NCBI GenBank assembly: GCA_905178155.1
Contig: CAJINV010000009.1
Location: 2,643,373-2,707,372, forward strand
Length of the DNA: 64,000 nt
Origin: Amoebophrya sp. A120
Taxonomy: Eukaryota; Protista; Dinoflagellata
Reading direction: 5' to 3'
The notes beneath the pieces are model-generated. The model worked only from the letters and a program-made list of their open reading frames with translations, ran no database searches and was not told the origin of the DNA. This document shows, in pieces, positions 39,401 to 52,700 of this stretch (its first letter is position 1; the number at the start of each line of letters is the position of its first letter). The position numbers and the translations under genes are program-made.

Positions 39401-42400
39401 CTGTCGGATCACCAAAGCAGCCGGGGTGGGTTGGCCGTTGAGCAGAAAGTGTGGCCAAGAGGAAGATGTGGACATCTTCGACATCATGCTATCATGTACT
39501 AAAGCTTCTTCAGGTTCTTGTGTCGTCGCATCAGAAATTTTTGTCGATGTCGAAAGGGCAACATCCGCAAGAACCTCCTGCTATCCAAGAAAAAAACTGT
39601 TTAAGTGAAACTTTTTTGCAGGAACAGCATCACAGATTTGTTTTACATGACAGAAAACTTGTCATGCGTAGCTACTACGCGAAAACACGTATTAAAATAA
39701 CCTCTGATGCATATCCGGCATGACAAGTGTAACTGTATTGCAACATCTGCAAGACAAAGTTACACTTACACAGTTTTTAACTTTTTTTCTTGCATACCTG
39801 CTCTGCCAAATTTGTGCAGAAGTTCTTCTCGAATGCGACTCCGACTGCCCCCTGTCCTGTTCAGAAGTATCGCACTCGTGTTGCAATCATGCATCATAAG
39901 TCTTTTTCTTAAGGTAAATCAGCATTACAAATTTTCTTTCTCATGCTGAGGAAATGGAAATTTGTAATGCATTTTTACGAGTACGATACTTTTGCAATTC
40001 ATACTCCCCTTCCGCCACCAAGTGAGGATGCTGCGTTATTATTTCCATCGTACTCCACGGCGATCCTTTCCACCACGCGATCATCGTTCTCCACCGCACC
40101 CTGCCAAATCGCCAACACATCGCGCTGCTTTTTGTGGTTGAACCTCTCGTAATACGTGAAAAACTCGTGCTTCATGATCACGGTGCTTTCCTCTTCTATG
40201 GAAGTGTCAGAATCGAAATTGACAAAATCGAAAAATTTGCGATGCACAAAATCGATACCAGTTGATGCCTCAGCTTTCAAGTGGCGCATGACAAATTTCG
40301 GGAGCACCAAAATCCAGTTTGCCATGCTGTTTGGGCAAAGAGGACTGCTCCTGTCATGCTACTCTGGCAGCACATTGCATACCCCTAAACAGGCTTACAA
40401 TCGGTCTCATTTGCCTGCTCCCCAATACAGGCCGCCAGTGCCCTACATTTTACGCATCACAAATTTTTCGATTTTGTCGATTTCGATCCTGACATCACAC
40501 CCATATCTTCCTCAATCAGCAGATACCTATCAAATGTAAAAATGTCTGGGTCTGGAAGATTGCCAGGTTTGTCATGCACATTTTGCATGACTCCTGATGT
40601 CTGTGATGCATGCCCTAGCATCACAGATTTTGTGAGGGCTTCCTGATGCGTATACCGCATGACAAATGCTCTTTCCGTGTAGCAAAACTTGGGCTCTCGT
40701 CTTTGCTGCTCACGCAATACAGATTTTTTTAGAATCCAAAATCACCATGACAAGTTGGATTCTTCCAGACCCAGACATTTTTACACTTGATAATACCCGT
40801 GCCGGTGCAAAAAGGTTAAAATCTGCCAGATCTGGGGTTTGTCCGGAAGTTTTTTCTCCAGCAGGTGCGGACACAGCTCGAGTTTGATCTTGGGAATTTT
40901 GCCCGTGCAGAGAACGTTTTTGGGTATTGATGTCTGCGCGGCCGTTCTTTCATCGGAAGTAGAAATTGTAGTAGAAGATGACATCATCCCTTGCAGCACA
41001 TCGAACTCGCTTCCCTCTGCGTCGATCTTAATCAACCCAATGGGAATCGATTTTGTCACTTGCTCCGCCATTTCCAGTAAATCTGCGAGGGCGAACTGAG
41101 GCACGAATCGGCTTTTGTCGTAACTCAGAGGTTGAAAATTGCTTGTGTCTGGCACTGGCTGGACAACTTCTTGGGGCTGGCCTGCAGGATCATTACTTGT
41201 CGAACTCGAAGCACCACCGCCGACGGTACTTCTATCAGAAGATTCGGAAAAGAAAACCACAGAGCCCGTTTTCGGCTCCACCCCGGTCGACAAGAGGTTC
41301 ACGTTGAAAGGAGGTGGGGTTTTTTCTCTTTGTGATGCGTCGCCGCGCATGACGGTCGTTCTTTCTATTGCTGATCCCGATGACATCAAACCAGTGCTGC
41401 TTACCACTCTAGTGTTCCCGCGGTTTCCGATCCGGCCGGTGTCCATGGTGACGAAGTTCCCACTGCTCTTCCCCAGTGCGACATTAAAGAGCAATACCCT
41501 GTTGTCCATTTTCGGATTTAACGCCACAGACGCCTTAATCAGCTCGAAGGACTCGAGTAAAGGCTCAAAGGACAACACAAGGTACCCCAGCGACGCCATA
41601 AGCAACGTACAGTAGCCAACGTTCGCACCAACGTCGAGAAACATTTTCGGCGATTGACGCTCCCGGTCGTGGTTGTGTTCTTCATTTTCTTGGGATGTTC
41701 TTCCACCATGTTGCGCAAGAACGAGTTCTGGTAGGTGCTTGCAGTCCTGGGTGAATCCCGAAGTCTTCAACTGCTGCTCCGGAACTTCAAATCTCTGATG
41801 TAAGCACATGTAGAAGAAGTTGTCTTTTTCCAGCGTTTCGCCCTTAGAGTTAGCTATCCCGGCGTAGTTATCGGTTCGTAAAAAACGAAGCTGTGGCCCA
41901 GTCCTCCCCCCGGCCTCATATCAGTCACGATAGGTGGAAAATGAAGAACTTGATGCTAATAGCTGCAACACAACAACAACGGAACAAGACAGGGCTGTTG
42001 CGCGTGACATCAAGTCTGGAGTCGCACCAAAATGGCCATCTTGGTTAGCCCACTGCAGCGGAGTGACATACACATAATATCGACTCCCCATCAACATCAT
42101 CCTGTTCCTGCCTCGGATAGCATAAACAAATTTCAATACACCAAGAGACACCGGAGCCGATTGAGCTGCGCATGAAAGACATCCAGTGCTGGAGCATGCA
42201 AGTCCGCATTGCAAGTCTGGGGGGGGGGGGGGGGTGCGGACGACCACGACCACGTCTATACAGCTTCTCAGCATACTAATTCCCATATCCGTTGAAGACC
42301 TTGACGGCAAACGCGTTTTTTGGACACCTCGGGTCTTCCAAATTGTGGTAGAACATCTGCACCGGCGCGACCACGTTCCGCCCAATATCAATCGCCTGCC

Positions 42401-43794
42401 CCAGCGGGATATGCATTGCAAAAGCATCGAACTACGTATACAGCGTAAGTATAGATCGCATGACAAATTTTCTCAAGAAGAAGACTGAGATTTGTCATGC
42501 AGATTCGGGTAGGAAACCAGATTTGTCATACATGACTGCAATTTCTACGAGTTGTGCGATACTTTTGCATTGCATACGGGATCTCCGCCTGCTTCAACAC
42601 CTTCGCGTAGATCTGGTCTTCGATGTTCTTCCGCGCACGGAGAATCGCGTTATGGAAGCGTAAGAATTGAAATCGTCAGAGTTGAAATAGTTTGCCATGC
42701 AGGAAAAAATGCAACGCAAAGATTGCCTCTATTGCAGAGGACGCAAGGGAGGCAGATTGTAGTGCTGGCAAGGGTCGAGAATTGAGCTGCTGATTAGCAT
42801 CACAGAGGGGAGCCCCTTTTCCCTGAACAGCATGACAAACTGGCTTCCGGCACGGACAAACTTTGTCATGCACCGACTAGAAACTGTGGATCCAATGAAT
42901 TGGCATTGATTTTATTATGCATTACAAGTTATTTCAACTTTGACGATTTCAATCCTGACGCTTCCATACGCGTCGAAAGCGCGGTAAAGCTCGGAAACGG
43001 AGGCGTCTTGGTAACGAAGTTGCAGATACCAGTCGGGGACGGCGAAAGAAGATTTTTGTTCTGTCTCGTCCTGTATGGATTGCAACTATGTCTGGGTCTG
43101 GATGAGTGTAGATGTTTGTATTGCTGCTCTTGCATGACCCAGAAAGTCTCGCATGCAAGCCCTAGCATCACGAGTCTTGAGAAAGTGTCTCAATGCCGAA
43201 TCCGCATGACAAACCACCCATTTTGGTGCCAAGTTCTGAGCCGCATTTGCTGTCTACGAATCATGACAGATCTTTGTGTTATCTGAAATCTGCATCACAA
43301 GTTGCATTCTTCCAGACCCAGCCGTATTTGCTGTTGATATTCTGTCTCGTCGTCCTCCAAACCCCATAGTTGGAATTCGGATCGAAGTCGGTAAGCTGTA
43401 AATGCGGCCAGGGCGGGTTGTGGCCGATTTTTATGGGACGCTTTTCATCTGATGTGGTCCCCGATGAAGATGCGGGCGGTGAGTCTTTGTCTACAAATCG
43501 CAACTGGTCATGCAGCCGGCTCTCCGGCTGGAGCAGCTCCCGGCTCATCTCGGTGTCAAGTTGTGCGAGAATGGTTGTCAGCTTTTCCTCGAAGTATGCG
43601 AGCTTGTTGCGTTTAGTTGGCGCTGGCGGTGACGAGTCGGAGTCCTGCACCTGCTCGCCATTGTTCGTGCTAACTGCGACTGCGTCAGCTGCAAGAGCAA
43701 GTGTAGTTCCAGTACAAGATGTGCTCAGTGAGGGAGCTAAAATAACCGCGGCGCAGACGACTAAAATATTCGGAATTCGACGGGAAAGTGCCAT
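36410..43794 (-). CDS. FkbM-family (Methyltransf_21) SAM-dependent methyltransferase with signal peptide and long C-terminal extension; 11 introners plus 1 TIR-less non-canonical intron
   Basis: FLDVGANVG, SFEP, FNVALG, LIKIDAEGSEFDVLQG motifs. Frame followed by hand from 40004 to 36410. 35956-36222 may be a further exon. Confidence 0.8.
37332..37593. mobile_element. Introner family A (right end CTA)
   Basis: TIR; DR GGCAC. Confidence 0.88.
37805..38132. mobile_element. Introner family I
   Basis: TIR; DR TTTTC/TATTC. Confidence 0.85.
38701..38916. mobile_element. Introner family H
   Basis: AGTGCACAACTCCCCCTCCCCCTCATTTGT TIR; DR CACAG. Confidence 0.9.
39008..39273. mobile_element. Introner family A
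   Basis: TIR; DR CGGAG/CAGAG. Confidence 0.88.
39582..39796. mobile_element. Introner family E
   Basis: TIR; DR CCTGC. Confidence 0.88.
39853..40003. mobile_element. Introner family B (left end TGT)
   Basis: TIR; DR CCCCC/CTCCC. Confidence 0.82.
40197..40505. mobile_element. Introner family G
   Basis: TIR; DR TCTTC. Confidence 0.88.
40528..40792. mobile_element. Introner family A
   Basis: TIR; DR ATACC. Confidence 0.9.
41923..42289 (-). other. Non-canonical intron without TIR, bounded by 6-bp direct repeat GATATG
   Basis: Removal joins VKVFNG|YEAGG in frame into the FkbM exon. Confidence 0.6.
42410..42576. mobile_element. Introner family B
   Basis: TIR; DR CGGGA. Confidence 0.88.
42651..42968. 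mobile_element. Introner family G
   Basis: TIR; DR CGCGT. Confidence 0.9.
43074..43339. mobile_element. Introner family A
   Basis: TIR; DR TCCTG/TTCTG. Confidence 0.85.
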
Positions 43795-46733
43795 TATTTT
43801 GGTTTGTCGCAATTATCGTTTCAACATGAGCTTCACACATGAAGGAGCACAGCACCCACTCTGAATGAAAAAGAAAAATCTTTTTATCGGGGTTCTTCAT
43901 CGTTCACACACAGCCGAATACCATGCTAAATTTATGGGAGCCAATGCCAAGCTCAATACTTAAAAAAATTCAAGGCAAATCAATGCGGCAAGCTTTGCAG
44001 AACCAGAAGCGAAAAGTTGAAGTGTAGTAACTGTAACGGTAACCGCATCTAGTAAGAAGTTTTAGTTTATAGATACGTAGATCCTCCATCTGCTTGATGA
44101 TCTTCCCCTTCTCTTGTTCTGGAGAAAAAAAAATGATGCTGGTCGTCCGTGTTGATCTGGGTTCCGATGCGGATCATATTACGCAAAAGCCGCTGAAAAA
44201 ATCTCAAACGATTACCTCCACTATAAACGAAACACAAAAGCTCACGCAAGAGATAGAAAAAGCGGTCATGTGCGGACTGCAAGAAGCCAAGCCCTCCTTG
44301 TTAGAAGGTACATCGCCCCGAGACAACTACAAGAAAAGATCACGACCGACATACGCATAGTATCCAGATGCAACTAATGAAGCGCAAGCTACGTGAAAAA
44401 GAAAGCAGGTCCACGAACGCCGCCTGTTTGCAGTAAGTTGCAACAGGACACACGCACAAAAAAAGCGAAAGCAATATAGGGAGATGAGAAGACGCACTCG
44501 CTCACTCTCATGCGAGAGGTGCAGAAGGCACGCCATCCCCGAGCCCACCGCGGGTGGGTGGACAAACGTGGCTGATTTCTCATTTTATTAATAATGAGCG
44601 ACAACGCGCCGTGAAAATGGCACATCGGTCCTTGTTGCGCAGGAGAGCGAGGACAACGACAGACGGCTGGCACGGGGGCGCCTGGCACACAGGGGTGCTT
44701 GCGTTTGTTGCCGGCCGCCGGGCTGTACGAATGGGCCTGATTAAAAGGCCGACGAGTGGGGCGCCGAAAGTCTGCAACCAAAAGCCAGGAAGGTCAGGCA
44801 ACCTTGCGCGCCAGCCTGCCTCCCTCCGCGGCGCCCCGAACTTGCAAGCAAGCGACCCGAAGCAAGGAAGAAACCCGAGACCGGGGCGACCTGCGCCCCA
44901 TGCGCGTGCCTGCTTACGAGGCTGCCAAGCAGTGAAGGGCGGGCAAAGGCTGCCCACCCACACAGACACCACCCAAAAAGGGCAACGGCGCGCCCCCTTC
45001 CCCAAGGAGTGGAACCCAACGCGGCCGCCCCCTGGATCGGCGGGCGGCGCCGCCTGCGTTTCACGCTGGCGCGCGCCACCCAGCGGCGGGCGGGCCTGCC
45101 AGCCTACGGCCAGACTGGCGCCGGGCTCTGCTACGGACAACCAACCCAAGGCGCCGCGGGCGGGCGCGGGCAGGGAGCAACCGGGGCGCGCTCCTGCCTT
45201 GCGGAGTCTGTGCGAACAGAACAGGACGAGGCGCCGCCTGCGCTTTCCTTATTCTGCAAGCAGGCCGCCGAGCTTGCTCGAGCTCCTCCCTGGCCTCCTC
45301 CTTCGCCACAAGGCCGGGGCGAGGCGGCGCAAACTGCCCGGCGGGAAGCTTGGCGTGCGGGGCAATGGCGCCGCGCATCCGGCCGGAGGCGGGGGAAACT
45401 CCCGAACGGTGGGCCCTGGTAAGTGCCGCGCCCTGGCCGGCCGCTTTGGCGCCCTGCCTTCTTGCCAATCATGCAGGCCGGGATCTTTTTCCCCCCCCCG
45501 TCCCCGTCGCGATACCCGCTGCGGGCGGCGCCGGGCTACTTCTGCGGCCACGCAGCATTCTGGGCGGCGCCAGCGGACGGGCAGAGTGAGGGCGCCCCAC
45601 CCGGCCGGGCAGCCCGCGGGGGCTCCCAAATCAGAACGCCGGCGCGCCTCTTTCCCAGGCACCACCAGAACGCGGCCGAAACGAGACACCTGCGCACCAC
45701 TGGCGTCCTGGAGTGCTCCGCAGCCTTGAGCCGCTGCGCCGCAGCGCGCTCAAAGTGTTCGACAGCTGCACCAAGCGCAGCCCGCTCCGCCCGCGGGCTT
45801 CGTAGAGGGATCGAACTCCGCTCCCGTCTCGGCTTGTCCGAACGTCCGCGCGCACCGGTCGAATAGCTCGGCCATCACCCCGGACGTGAGGCGCCCCCGC
45901 GTCAGCTTTCCGGAGGACATGGCGCGCACAATTACCGGGCGCCGCCGAGTGCATGGCCTAAATGCGGACCCGTCTGGTGGCTGGAGTCTCAGGCGGGGGG
46001 TCCGTCTCGTTGTGCTTCTTTGCTGAGGACCAAAGTCTCACCGGTGAGTCGTAGCCCACTCATCTAATGTGAAGTTGAAGAAGAACACAAATGTAATTAT
46101 ATCAAGCAGTAACGACAGGGACCTAACCCAACATGCTTCGTTGCGCTTCCTATACTGCTTCACAATCGTTTTTGCTTCTCGTATGATTCTTCATCAACTG
46201 CCAGTCCAGTACTTAGAGCCAAAATTTCCCGTGTCTAAGAATCGAAGAGAGAGTTGTAGCTTGCGTTTCTTTTGCAGAAATCTTAAAGATCATACTCATA
46301 GGCCTTAAGGCTTTTCATCACTTATCACTTTTTCTTTTTGCACTTGATCGCTGTGTAACATGTACTTTTTTATCTTCGCAAAAACGACATCGACATCGCT
46401 AGTACTAAGCTTGTTTACGCAAAGCACCAGGGTAACTTTGGATCCACGTGTTCGACGATAAACGACGCCAGCGTGTCTATCTGGCACTAAACCGCGGTCT
46501 ACTTGCACTTATTTGCTGCGTACTTCGCTAAAAAAAAGAGAGATCAGTGTGCATGAAATTTTGTTTTGAAAAAAAACCGGGCTACTCGTCACTAGCTGCA
46601 TTTCAAACCTAGCTGCTAAACCAAAGACTGTTGTTACTGTTTATAGACACAACAAGCACAAGCTACTTCGTCGCAAAAGCTCACACTTAAGGATGATGCC
46701 AGTACCGGTTTCACTAAACCGAAAACCACCTCC

Positions 46734-49700
46734 TCAATCCTGATGCCGTTTCAACGGCACCGCATCTACTTCCCCAGCAGCAGAGACAGCCGCTTCGCCT
46801 CCTCCACCAGTTTCCCTTTCTCCACTGCCCCGCTGCTGTTGCTCTCTACTCGACGACGTCGCAGACGGTCCATTGGTAGAGCGAGGCTGCGCTCCTGCTG
46901 CGCCAGCAGCTGTATTTTGCGCAGTCGCTGTTCCTGTTGTAGTGGTTGTTGTACTTGTTCCACCAGCAAGCGGCTGAGCAACGGGATTTGCACTGCTCCT
47001 TTCCTCTCCACCAACATCGTTCCTTCCCGCACTACTTCTCAAGCAGTCCTGAAACATGATCTTCGGCAACACCTTCTGCTTAAAAAACGCGATCAGATTC
47101 TCCCGACTGGTCGTGTTCAAATCTTTAGTATTTCCATGCTTCTCTTTGTCTTTCTCCCCAGCATGTTGATCACTGTTGCCGGTTTTGTTCCCTCTCTGAT
47201 TACTATTTTGTTGAAAGAACGCGGCAGCCCCGGGGAAGTTTTTGAAATTTTGCATTCCGAAGTTCTGCACCCGGTCGAGCATGAGTTTTTTGTACTTGTT
47301 CAGTTTCGTATCCTGGAAAAAACAGCCATCCCCATTCAGTTTTTGCATGACAAATTAATAGTGGATTTTATGCATGTTTTGCATGACAAATTGGATGGGG
47401 ATGGGTGTTTTTTCCTGGATATTTCGACGTCGCTTTCTTGTCTTTTTTGTTCAAGTCATCATTCCTCCCACCGTTCATCGCGTTTTCCAACTGCTGGTCT
47501 TGCTGTTGAACGAACGTGCGGTTGAGTATCCACGAAAAACAAAAAAACACCCATAGGCATTCCCATCGATTTTCTGCATGGCAGACACGAGCACTAGTGC
47601 ACGTTTTGCATGACAAATTGAATGGGGCGGATCATGGGTCTTTTTCTGTGGGTATTGAGCCACAAATTCTCCAAACACGTTTGCTGCACTTCGGGAAGAA
47701 ACTGACCCAACACCGTGAATAGGGGGAGGACCACCACGTCGATGAACCCGAGCTGGCATTTCGGTGTGGAAGTGGACTCCCGATCGAAAAACATCGACAC
47801 CGGAAGATTCTTGTCTCGTTCGATGTCTCCCTGTCGGAAATATTCTTCCATCGTCCGGCTCACGTGAGTGAAATACAACTCCGATTTTCTCGTTGAGTTG
47901 CTGATGTCCGCCGCGTGAAGCAAAATGTTCAACAAAACCTGTTTATCCTCCGCCGACCGCGGGTCCGGAAAGGTTTCCCTCGCGGAAGCCAACTTCGTCT
48001 TAAAACTGCTCAGCTCCGCTATCCTGAGTAAAAACGTCCCCACGCCAGAGTTGTCATGCAGATTTTTTTTTTTTTGATTGGGCCCCGCTCTGTTGACGCA
48101 TATAAATTCATCACTAAAACTAGGAGGCCGGTGTGCGTTACTTAACATGTGAAGCAGTTCTACGAATTCACCTGCCTGCCGCAGCAGGTGCAGGTCAAAC
48201 AGGGCCGACACCTTTCACACAGTTAAGCAGTGCGCGCGTATGCGTGCATTTTTCATCTTGTTTTGATATTCTTACTATCTGCTCTTGTCCTCTGCTCCAG
48301 CACATTGTACTGCGCGTCTTGTTCTCGCCTCGCTTCCGTTTTCCCCCTCCTCTCCCGCGTGCGTGTCCACCGGGGCCTAGTCCCCCCCGTCCTGTAGCTC
48401 GAGCGGCTCGCCGATGTCCCTCGATTGCATCCGCGCGGGGCTCGGGCTCGTGGCTGTTTTCCGTCATATCTCCTTATCATGACTCCCCACTTTGCCGCGC
48501 TGACTCCGCGCCCGCTTTCGTTTTTCATGATGTTTTCTTCTAAGCTTCGTGTCTGTTAGCGTGGGTTAGTCTGTAGAGTAAAAGTAAAGTAAAGCGATGC
48601 GGAAATCTTCAAGAGGTTACGCCTGATTTAAACTCGCGCTAGCATCTTGTTCCTATTTCTAATCCCCGTCTTTTCCCCACAACCCACGACCAGCCTCTGC
48701 TGGAAAAAAAGAAGTTCCCTGGTGTGTTTTTTAATAGTCGCAGCGGGTGGGGGGAGACCGCATTGGTCTCCCCCCGCACGCTGCTAGTCTGTTGTAGTAT
48801 CTGCTTTGTATTTCTACATGAGCTAGTGCTGTTGTGACGCATCATTTGAATTGCTTTACGAAGTGCTCTGAAAAAACGAAGTGCTCTGAAAAAACGAAGT
48901 GCTCTGAAAAAAACGAAGTGCTCTGAAAAAAAACGAAGTGCTCATTGTTTTACTCAACAGCATAACAATGGATTATGAATCTGAAATTTTTCGCACGAAG
49001 AAGCGGAAGCCGTCACCAGAAGCGCAGCTAATAAGTAACGACAGGAACATTTGTAATGCGCATCGCGAGGAGAGGCCTTTTTAGTCGTGTTTTGGAATTT
49101 GTAATGCTGTTTTAAACAGGATGAGCAGATGGATTCCTGATGCAGCTGGCCTTGCGAACCTGCACTACACTACGAGTTGCAACTTGTGATGCGTGACCCC
49201 CAAAAGTTCTAGGCTTGTGTTGCAAAATCCCCATCTTGACTCTGGTGTGGGGATGCTTTTACTCAGGATATCCGCGAAGTGCGCGCTGGTATCGGTCGCT
49301 AACACCATCTGGATCACGATCTTCCGGGCCTCGGCGTATTGTTTCTCATTCAGTGTCGCGAAGATGTCGTACTCCGGGGAATTTTCCAACATGAGGTAGA
49401 AGGCCGCAGCAACGTGGTGGTTCTCCAGAATCGCGGAATCGTTGTAGCGTAACGCGATCGGGTGTTTCGTCCTGACCAGAAACGCGTTGGACACGCCTGG
49501 ATGTTGGTAATCGTGAATTGCCGCCGCGAACAAGCCGGCTAAAACCTCATGCGGGGACAAAATTGGGTCGATCGAGCTGTTTTGGTTCTGCAGCATCAAG
49601 TTTTTGTCGGTTCCCTGCCCGCCGCCGCCAACGTTAGTCGCGTTCGTGGCCATTTTTGACACAAAGCTGTTTTCCCTCAAGTCCGACATGAAACTTGAAC

Positions 49701-52700
49701 TGCCGTGCAACCCCCCGCCGCCGTAGTGGCCGTAACTGGCGTTATTCGCGTTCATACCGCCCAAAACCCAGAGCAGCATGCAGTGGAAACCTTGCAAGAC
49801 GTCGCACGCGTGTAAAGCGTTGTGGTACGGGTTTTCCGCCACGTGACCACCGGAAATCGCCTTCATCAACAGAAAACAGGGATCCAACGTCATCTCCAAG
49901 TGCGCGCAAAGCTCGTGGAAAATCACCAGTTCACAGAAAACTAACGGGAGGCAATCTAAATGCGGGTTGGCGAAGGGGATGCGGTTTGATGTGATGAGGT
50001 TTTGGTGGTGTTGCTGATGATTATGTCGTGGTCCTGTTGCTGCAACGCCGGGTTTTGATGCTCCTGATGCTGCACCTCCATGATCGCTGCTGCCGCTACT
50101 CGTCTATGAACTGCAAAACTATCGCACTGACGCGTGTAAATGCATTACAAATTTCATCCTCAGCATGAGAAAGAAAATTTGTAATGCGCATTGACCTTAG
50201 CAAAAGGATTTGCAAGGCATGAGCATGATTGCAAGACGAGTACGATACTCTGGCACAGGATATCACCCCAGCGAAGGCGAAAACGTCAAAAGAGTCCCAG
50301 TTGTGTAAGTCGTGCTCCAAAATCCGTAGGATTTTCTGGTAGATCTTCGTCTTCTGGTACAGGATGTAGTCTTCCTTTTGCAGAAACCCCATGTCCTGCC
50401 AGATATGATTTTCCGCTTCTGCGGCGGTATCAGCGTCCTCGTATTGGTTGTTGTTCCTCCCACTTCCATAGTACTGACCGGCACCAGAACCTGCTCCGCC
50501 TCCACCCACTCCCAAAAACCCGCTGCAGTCGATCTCAACCTCGGTTTCCAATATCTCGATCAGCCTTTTCCTCGCCTGCTCTAAATTTTCTGCGTGCTCC
50601 TTCTTTTTACTCTGCCCGATGAGAAATTTTTCCAATTCCGAATCAATCGCGCCGAAGGAGCTGCTGTTAAATTGGTTGTCTTATGGATTGCAAATATGTC
50701 TGGGTCTGGAAAGTTGGAACTTGTCATGCAGATTTTCCATCATCATCATCATGTAGTGGACACCCACTCCCAGCGCCACAGGTCAAGGATCCCCTCCCCG
50801 GGGGGTGGGCGATGAGGTCCGGAATGCGGGACTTAGCATGACAGACTCTGCGAGGGCTCTGACATGCCTATCCTGAATGACAAACTCCCTTCCAACTTGG
50901 TCAAAAGTGGACAGCTTTTGGCACTCATGCAACACAGATTTTTGCATGCTTGAGATTTACCATGACAAGTTGCCACCTTCCAGACAGACATATTTGCAAT
51001 TGATATATCTTCCGCGGACACGATTTTTACCCACTCGGAAATCTCCTGCTCTAACAATAGATTTTGGTTGTTCGCACTCGCGTTGTTTTTCTGGCCGGAA
51101 TTGTAGTCATTCCCGTCGACGGAAATGCTGTACAGCTTATTCGATCCAACCACATCCATCGACCACGTGATCTCCTCCTTCAAACTGTTCGGAATTACCT
51201 TCATCGCCCGAACTTCCCGAAAAATCTCCAAAACCCGCTCGACTGGGGAGGAGAAGGAAATGGAATTAGAGTTCTTGTCCAACTGATTCCGCCCCGTTTT
51301 TCGCGTGTTGCGGTTTGCCGACGCAGTGAGTTTCCGTAACCCGTTGACCAACCGCAGCAACCGCAACAATCGCAACAGAGCCAACGTCGTGCTACTGGTC
51401 GCCTCTTCGGGGTTCGCGTACCGCTGTAGCGCGAAAACCCAGGAGATAAAAACGATCGTGAAGTCGAACAGATTCCAAAGGTCCGCGAAGTAGCTGAAAA
51501 TGGAGTTTGTCGCCGTGTGAGCGAGAAGTCGGATCACAATTTCTAGCGCGAATAAGCCGAGAAACACCGTGTCGGTGTCTTCAAACGCCATTTTTTGACT
51601 GTTGCTCAGGTAATCCTCCACCGCGATTAATGTCAGTAGGAAAATCGCATACAGGCCCAAAATGCTGTAAACGATCAAATCGAACAATTTCCACTCGACA
51701 CAGCGAATGCAGAGCTTCTGGATGATTTGCAGCGGCCCCGGGTCTTCTGGCTCCTGGTCTGGTCCATTTGGGTTGTAGTCGTATCAAATGTAAAAATGTC
51801 TGGGTCTGGAAGATTGTCAGACTTGTCATGCATATTTTGCATGGCCCCGGATGGCTGTAATGCATGGCCTAGCATCACATATTTCTAGAAGGCTTCCTGA
51901 TGCCTATTCTGCATGAGAAATGCCCTCTCTGTGTAGACCAAACTGGACTCCTCTTGCTGGTCATGCAATACAGATTTTTTTCGAATCCGAAGACAGCATG
52001 ACAAGTTGCAATCTTCCAGACCCAGACATTTTTACAATCCATAAGTCAGGGGATGATGCTATGCCAGCAGCTCCGTACTGCAACTGGTACATCTCATTTG
52101 CCATCAACTGTAAAAATGTCTGGGTCTGGAAGACTCATGGTGCTTTTGCATGACACAGAAGATCTGGCATGGAAGCGCTAGCATCACAGGTTTGGAGAAG
52201 CTTCCGCAATGGCAAATCCGCATGACAAGTGCCCCATTTTGGTGACAGAAAGGGGGCAGCTTTTGCTGCTTGTGCATGAGAGATTTTTATGTGTTGTAAA
52301 ATGCGCATCACAAGGTGCATTTCTCCAGACCCAGACATATTTGCATTCCATATTTGCATCCAACTCCGTCATGCCGGCCATCATTGCGAATTGTAGGTTG
52401 TTGGTCTGAAAATACCGCCTCTCCTCTTCCGCCGTGAAAACCGGGACTTGCCCGAACCGACGAATCAAGCAGTACCAAATGAGGGTTTGCGCGATGAGAT
52501 TTCGGATTTGGTCAAAGATGACTAAGACGAACCAGTATGAACTGCAAATATGTCTGGGTCTGGAAATCAGTGATGCTGAATTGAGCATGATTGAAGCGCT
52601 TGCAACGGCTGCCAGGCATGACAAGTTTTGGAGACGCCTGCTGATGCCTACCACGCATGACAAACTGCGTTTTTGTATGACAAAGCAAGCTCCGCTTTTG

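Noticed and set aside
44554-45954. Long overlapping ORFs (391 aa and others) as genes or transposase
   Set aside because: Open in many frames because of GC richness; no DDE or RT motifs. The same applies to 56866-57972.
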